DNA of 64,000 nt from Azolla caroliniana (taxonomy: Eukaryota; Plantae; Polypodiophyta), in contig JBHGNT010000004.1 in NCBI GenBank assembly GCA_043228905.1, forward strand, positions 14,570,001 to 14,634,000, written 5' to 3'. The notes under the pieces were generated by a model. The model searched no databases. It saw only the letters and a list, made by a program, of their open reading frames with translations, and had not been told where the DNA came from. Positions 58,191-64,000 of this stretch are shown piece by piece. The position numbers and the translations under genes were made by a program. Positions within the stretch are counted from its first letter, which is position 1. Each line of letters starts with the position of its first letter.

Positions 58191-59900
58191 ATTATGACCT
58201 TAATAGAAGGATTTTTTTCATCCATAATTGAAGGATTATTACTTGGCTGATTACAGTGAACGTCTACCTGTTCCGTCCCTTTTTGGGCAATTAACGTCAC
58301 CACTTTCTCTGTAAACCTAGGAACTAATTTGAGTAATCCCGTCAAAGGTAATGATACTTGGCAATCCGCCAAAATTTTCCAAGTTTCTTCTTGTTCTGGT
58401 ACGGCCATAACTCTAAGCAATTCATTAGCTTGATTAATCTCATTATCTTGGAGCATTCGGGAGACATTGTTTTTATTCACTTCTTCTACCCATTCCTTGG
58501 CTGCATTCCGAACAGCTTCTTGAATTTCCCACTCTGATTGTTTACTTTTACATCTGGTGGTCACTTGTTGAATTTCCGGCATGACCATGTGCACAACCGG
58601 TGTTTTTCCTTTTCCTTTAGACGGACATTGATTTGCATAATGTCCCGCATGTCGGCAAATATAGCAGGTAGGAACAAAGTTCCACTCCCTTCGCCTTGCG
58701 CAAACTGATGATTTCCATCTTCATTAGAATCTGGGGTTTGTTGAAATTGTCGTGACACTTTTTGCTTATAGAATTTTTTATTCTTATAGCGATTTTGTTT
58801 AAACCGACCTCCATTGTGTAGTTGATAGTTGTTATCTTGTGCCACCGAAAAATCTTGATTTTGTTGATAATTATTTTGTCGAGCGGTTTCTTGGTACCCA
58901 TTATTGAGTACATGTCGGTTATTTTGGTACCCATATTCCGGAAAAAAATTCCGTACTGGTGTCGTTGTTTTGTTAAGAAGATTATATTCATATTGCTCGA
59001 CCGAATGAAGTTTAGAATGACATATTGTGCAATGTGTTCGTAAACTACATTCTATTGCCGAATGCCCAATATTCAAACAAGTCGTACATTGAACTGCTTG
59101 CTGAAACTGCAACTCCTCCCGAGTTGGCAACGTATGATGTAATGCCGACATATCCATACTCCTTACATTTTTCGGATTCCGGCCCATAGCGATTGCTTTA
59201 TCAATCACTTGCTCGATTATCTGATTCCGGAAATCGAACACTGCTAATGTTGTTCGTAATGGTTCATGAATTGCTTCAAGGAATACATCCTTCAATTCGT
59301 TGTCCGGAATAGGCCTGGAAATCTGGACTTGTAAATTCTGAAAACGAATGACAAATTGAGACACCGTTTCATGCGGCTCCTAATACAACGCATAAAATTG
59401 CGCAATCAAATCCTTTTGAGGAATCTGATGATGAAATAATTGCAGAAATTTGGTGTTTAATTGCTCAAATTTTTCGAATGCACGGGAGCCATTTTGCGCA
59501 AACTAATTAGCAAACTGACCATCTAATGACAAAACAAACTTAGCAATTTTAGATTTATCTTCGGCTACTGCTGATAGCCTCTGACCTCCATGGTTAATTT
59601 CCCATGTTGTCAAGAAATCCCTAACATGCGCTTCTGCATCAGCACCTTCCTGAAATTTAGAATACGGGTAAGGCATATTGTCTTCACTCCAGATATCGTA
59701 AAATGATATTTCCTCCTCCTGATTTTTGTCCAACTAACTATCAGTTAAATCGGGGAGCGCAGACCACCTTCTACTTGTTTCTGGTTGTAACTCTACAGCC
59801 GAATCTTTTTCTAGTGTCTTCGTAATCGAACGTGTACGAGGACGTTTAGAACTGACTAGTGTATCTGGACCAGACGACATCCATTCGACTTGTTCTCTGC
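58191..59900 (-). pseudogene. gag: G3 gag, fragmented
   Basis: DAEAHVRDFLTTWEINH, QFVIRFQNL, CTTCLNIGHSAIEC; homologous to G2 gag. Confidence 0.85.
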
Positions 59901-59938
59901 TAGCTGCAGATGTAACCGGGCGTGCCAAAATTATACTG

Positions 59939-60411
59939 TGTTGTTCGGTCGACAATAACTATTGCCGACACAGTATAGGTCGAACGTTGCTCACCGAACG
60001 TTCTACCAATGAATTGTGGTTTAGACGAATAGATACTAAAATGGTTGTAAACTTATCGATGCTCAGCAAGCATCAACATCACTATTTACGTAATAAGTTA
60101 TGACAGAAAGGAAATAGATTCACAGAGTGTTTCGTACACGGAGATTTACTAAACTAACTTTATATTACTAAATAAAACGATGTTTCTTTACACTACCTTC
60201 GGTTCCTTTTATAGGCAACTGGAAGGACTTCCTCATCAAGAAAACATATTGCCAAATAGGCAAGAACTACAAAATCTCTAACTAACTATAATTCTGGTTT
60301 TTTATTTACTGCGGAAAATGCTGACTCATTGATCCTCTATACCGATCCGACTCCGACTCCGAACCTTCTACATTTCCGACTTCGACACTTCTCCACTTGT
60401 CAGGGTAAACA
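59939..60411 (-). repeat. G3 5' LTR
   Basis: Direct repeat of 22512-22949, followed on - by the PBS. Confidence 0.92.
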
Positions 60412-62884
60412 CTGTCGTTTTTCAAGGAGTTCTAGGCAAGAGCCGAAAGAGAGTAAGATCGGAAGTTGAATGTTATTCGAACCGACAACGGTGGCGAGTA
60501 TAGAGGGCAATTCAAGGAATACTGCAAGTTCCAAGGTATTCGGATCGAATACATAGTGCCAAAGACCCCAGAGTTGAACGGGCTTGCAGAGAGGATGAAT
60601 CGAACAATGATGGAGAGGGTAAGGAGATTGCTCTCTCATGCGAAATTGCCGAAATCCTATTGGGCTGAGGCGATTTACACAATTGTTTATCTGATCAACA
60701 GGTTTCCCTTAGTACCATTAAAGGGTGATGTCCCACAAAGAGTGTGGATAGGGAAGGATGTCTCCTACCAACATCTGAGGGTGTTCGGATGTTTGGGGTG
60801 TATGCATGTACCGAAGGATTAGAGGTCAAAGCTCGACAGTAAGTCGAAGGCATGCATATTCATGGGATACTCGGAAGATGAGTTCGGCTATAGGCTATGG
60901 GATCTGGTCGACAAGAAGGTAGTGAGAAGTCGAGATGTAGTCTTTCTTGAAGATAAGACGATTGAATACTGGAAGCAACAGAAGTCGGATACGACTCCCC
61001 AGTCAACCTCGACTATCGTCGATCTAAGGTTAAGTGAACCAACAACGTCGGCTGTTCGGAGACGGCCAGTCGGCACAATCGAATCCGAGTTCGTTGACTC
61101 GCAGAGACCGACCGACTGTGAGTCAGAGTCGGCAGAGCTACTAAGGTCAATTGAAGAGTATGAGTTGGAGTCGTCCAACCTGAAGATGCCGATTGACGAG
61201 CACAATCCTGAGCGGAGAGAAGGGTTGGCAGAGACATCCGAAGATACCCACTTAGAGAAAGGAAAGCACTGACTACATATGCCAGTCAATTCATCCTCTT
61301 GACTGATGAAGGTGAACTAGAGTGTTATGAAGAAGGAAGCCATTGCCGACGAGCACAGAGAAAAATGGTTGAGCGTGATGCAAGATGAGATGGAATCCTT
61401 GCACGAGAATTACACTTACGACCTAGTAGAGCTGCCGAAAGGTAAGATTGCCCTCAAGAATAAATGGGTCTACAAGGTGAAGACTGGAGAAGCCGACAGT
61501 GAGCCCAGGTATAAAGCCCGCATTGTGGTGAAGGGTTTTCAACAGAAAAAGGGTGTCGATATCGACGAAATATTCGCACCAGTCGTGAAGGTGACATCCA
61601 TTCGAACTGTTCTGAGCATAGCGAGTAGTATGGATCTGGAGATCGAACAGTTGGATTTGCACTGGGAGCTAGAAGAAGAAATCTATATGCAGCAACCCGA
61701 AGGCTTTGAGGAGAAAGGGAAAGAGAATCTGGTGTGTCGAGTGAAGAGAAGCTTGTACGGTCTGAAACAAGCTCCACGCCAATGGTACAAGAAGTTCGAG
61801 TCCTTCATGATGGAACACCGGTTCTAGAAAACACAGGCCGATCACCGTGTGTTCGTCAAGAGGTACGAAGAAGGAGACTTCTTGATTCTCTTGTTATATG
61901 TTGATGACATGTTGATAGTCGGTTAAGATATAAGGAAGATTGGAAGCTTTAAGAAAGCTCTCGGCAAATCGTTTGCCATGAAAGACCTTGGACCGGCTAA
62001 ACAGATCTTGGGAATGCACATAGTTTGAGACAGAACTCAAAAGGTGCTATGGTTGTCACAATAGAAGTATGTGACAAAGATCCTAGAGAGATTTAACATG
62101 TCAGATGCAAAACCGGTCAGCTCAGTATTGCCGACAAACTATAGGTTAAATGCGAAGCAGTGCCCGAGAGAGGAGAAGGAGAAGGCTGAGATAAGGAAGG
62201 TACCATATGCCTCGGCTGTCAGCAGCCTAATGTATGTTATGGTCTATACAAGACCAGACACAACATTTGTTGTAGGAGTAGTAAGCCGATATATGAGTAA
62301 TCCAGGGAGAGAACACTGGGCAGCAGTGAAGTGGAAACTCAGGTACTTAAAGGGCACCTCGGGGCTGTGCCTAAGGTATGGTGTTGGAAAACCTGTGCTA
62401 GAAGGTTTTACCGATTCGGACATGTCGGGAGATGTTGACTCAAGCCGATCCGCGTCAGGGTACACGATGACCTATGCAGGGGGAGCAATGTCATGGCAGT
62501 CACGACTGTAGAAGTCTGTAGCCTTGTCGACTATAGAGGCAAAGTATATGGCAACAGTAGGGGCTGACAAAGAGCTAATTTGGATGAGAAATTTTCTCAA
62601 TGAATTAGGGATGAATTAGAAGGAGTTCTTGCTTCACTGTGATAGCCAAAGCGCCATACACCTTGCCAAGAATGCTGCATACCACTCCCGGACAAAGCAC
62701 ATACAGAGAAGGTATCATTGGTTGTAGGAGAGAGTTGAAGAAGGAGAGTTTTCTCTTGTGAAGATCCATACTGATGACAATGGATCCAACATCCTCACGA
62801 CGAACCTACCTATGGACAGATTTAGAGTCTATCGATAGAAGACAGGATTGACTGAATCCCTCCCATAGGAGTGAAGGGGGAGTT
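60412..62884 (+). pseudogene. pol: Copia C1 internal region, part 2 (IN-RT-RH) and PPT
   Basis: RTDNGGEYRGQF, YKARIVVKG, LYVDDML, FTDSDMSGD; many stops; PPT GAGTGAAGGGGGAG ending near 62882. Confidence 0.92.
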
Positions 62885-63442
62885 TGTTGGGAATATTTCC
62901 CTCTAGTGGGAGGAACCGACAGTTCGGAAGTAGCCGATAGTCGAAGAGTCGAAGGAACCGACTGTTCGGAAATAGTTGACAGTCGAAGAGTTGAAAATAG
63001 AGAGTCGATTGTTTAAACAAATTATTATTATTGTTATAGTAATAATAATAGTAATGATATGTAGCAATGGTTACAATTGTAAATAGTTCATACAATGTCT
63101 CAGAACATATACATCTAGGGCAAACAGACGCGATGTGTGTGTGTAGAACAGAAGTAGCGCGTGAGCGTGAGAGACAGAGAGTGAGTGAGAGTGGCGCCAT
63201 AGCTGTGTGCGTAACAACAGACGCCAAGAGCCCTACGTGGCTAATACACTCGAGGAAGTGTTGTAATCTCTCTGTTGTATATCCACTATACATAGTGAAG
63301 CTCTATTCCTGTGGTTTTCTCCTGTTTTAGGGTTTCCACGTTAAATCTTTGTGCACCATTGTTGTCCTGTTTTCTGGCATATTTGTGATTTGTATTTCAG
63401 CACAATTCAGTTATTGTGATTTGACCGAATGATTTCTCAACA
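62885..63442 (+). repeat. Copia C1 3' LTR
   Basis: TGTTGGGAAT...TCTCAACA after the PPT, followed by CTCTT; homologous to inverted 1-265 plus 7294-7303. Confidence 0.9.
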
Positions 63443-64000
63443 CTCTTCTCATATGATGTTCAAGTGTGCAAAATTACTTGGGGTATTAGAGAAATTTTGT
63501 CATAGTAGTGGACTAGCAGTGAATGTGGACAAAACAAAAATGATGGTAGTGCAAACCATCCAACCTCATCATTACTGTATGCTCACATATAGAGGTGAAC
63601 ATATAAAATTTGTTCAAAGCTTTAAATATCTTGGCATTAATGTATCCGCCACAAATAAATGGAGTGCATGCTTTGATTCTAGGCTCCAAGCCGATTGGAA
63701 ATCGTATTACCTTTTGTAGAACCAATGCTACCAAAGTGATACTTGTGGATGGGAAATAAAACTAATGTTGTCCAATGCCATGGTAACTCAAGTATTGCTT
63801 TATGGAGTAGAAGTATGGGGTGGCACCATCTCTCTTAATGCATGGAATGAGATTTAGAAAATTCAAAATATGTTTTTAAGGAGGGAATCAGGAGTTAAAT
63901 GCATTACCTCTTACCAAGTTATGCTCTTGGAAATAGGTGTTCGACCCATAGAACTATTGGCACTCCAAAATGTATATAAATACATTACAAAAGTCAAGGA
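63443..64000 (+). mobile_element. LINE RT, downstream half, degenerate
   Basis: LFSYDV...LLGVLEKFCHSSGLAVNVDKTKMM...SFKYLGI...LLYGVEVWG, the motifs that follow YxDD in LINE RT. Confidence 0.88.

Larger units (their letters stand above)
22512..60411 (-). mobile_element. Gypsy G3 (same family as G2), degenerate, expanded by nested insertions
   Basis: Direct LTRs 22512-22949 and 59939-60411, TSD TTGTC/CTGTC (1 mismatch) restoring the C1 integrase frame, PBS TGGCACGCCCGGT (59915-59927, -). Coding pieces at 58191-59900, 44504-47298 and 40383-40792. Confidence 0.9.

Noticed and set aside
1-64000. Host protein-coding genes
   Set aside because: Essentially all sequence is accounted for by retroelement parts, and no ORF with non-TE motifs was recognised.

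Overview
This window is eukaryotic (land-plant-type) repeat DNA. I found no host gene and no genuine rRNA, tRNA or CRISPR locus. It is a nest of retroelements whose boundaries can mostly be read from LTR termini, primer-binding sites (PBS), polypurine tracts (PPT) and target-site duplications (TSD). The outermost layer is a LINE (7304-~8605 on -, 63443-64000 on +) split by Copia C1 (TSD CTCTT). C1 carries chromodomain Gypsy G1 in its 5' LTR (266-7288), Gypsy G2 (~8606-20943, itself carrying intact Copia C2 with identical LTRs, 13274-18622) and Gypsy G3 (22512-60411). G3 holds a Copia fragment C3, Copia C4 (carrying intact Gypsy G4, 29770-37115), an inverted C4-family fragment, deleted Copia C6, and Copia C5 (carrying the young pol-less tandem-gag element G5, 49257-54411). 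Six observations stand out. (1) G3 has a tRNA-Arg 3'-end mimic, complementary to its own PBS, where the PPT should be. (2) G4 and G5 look like an autonomous/non-autonomous pair primed by tRNA-Trp with 4-bp TSDs, and their LTRs carry tRNA-like A/B-box modules. (3) G4 has a -1 frameshift signal between protease and RT. (4) The G1 leader has a regularly spaced array of five hairpins. (5) The capsid (gag) region has been swapped between Copia families. (6) The split TSD implies an inversion breakpoint near 8605. Element names are mine, clade and tRNA assignments come from remembered motifs, and no searches were run.
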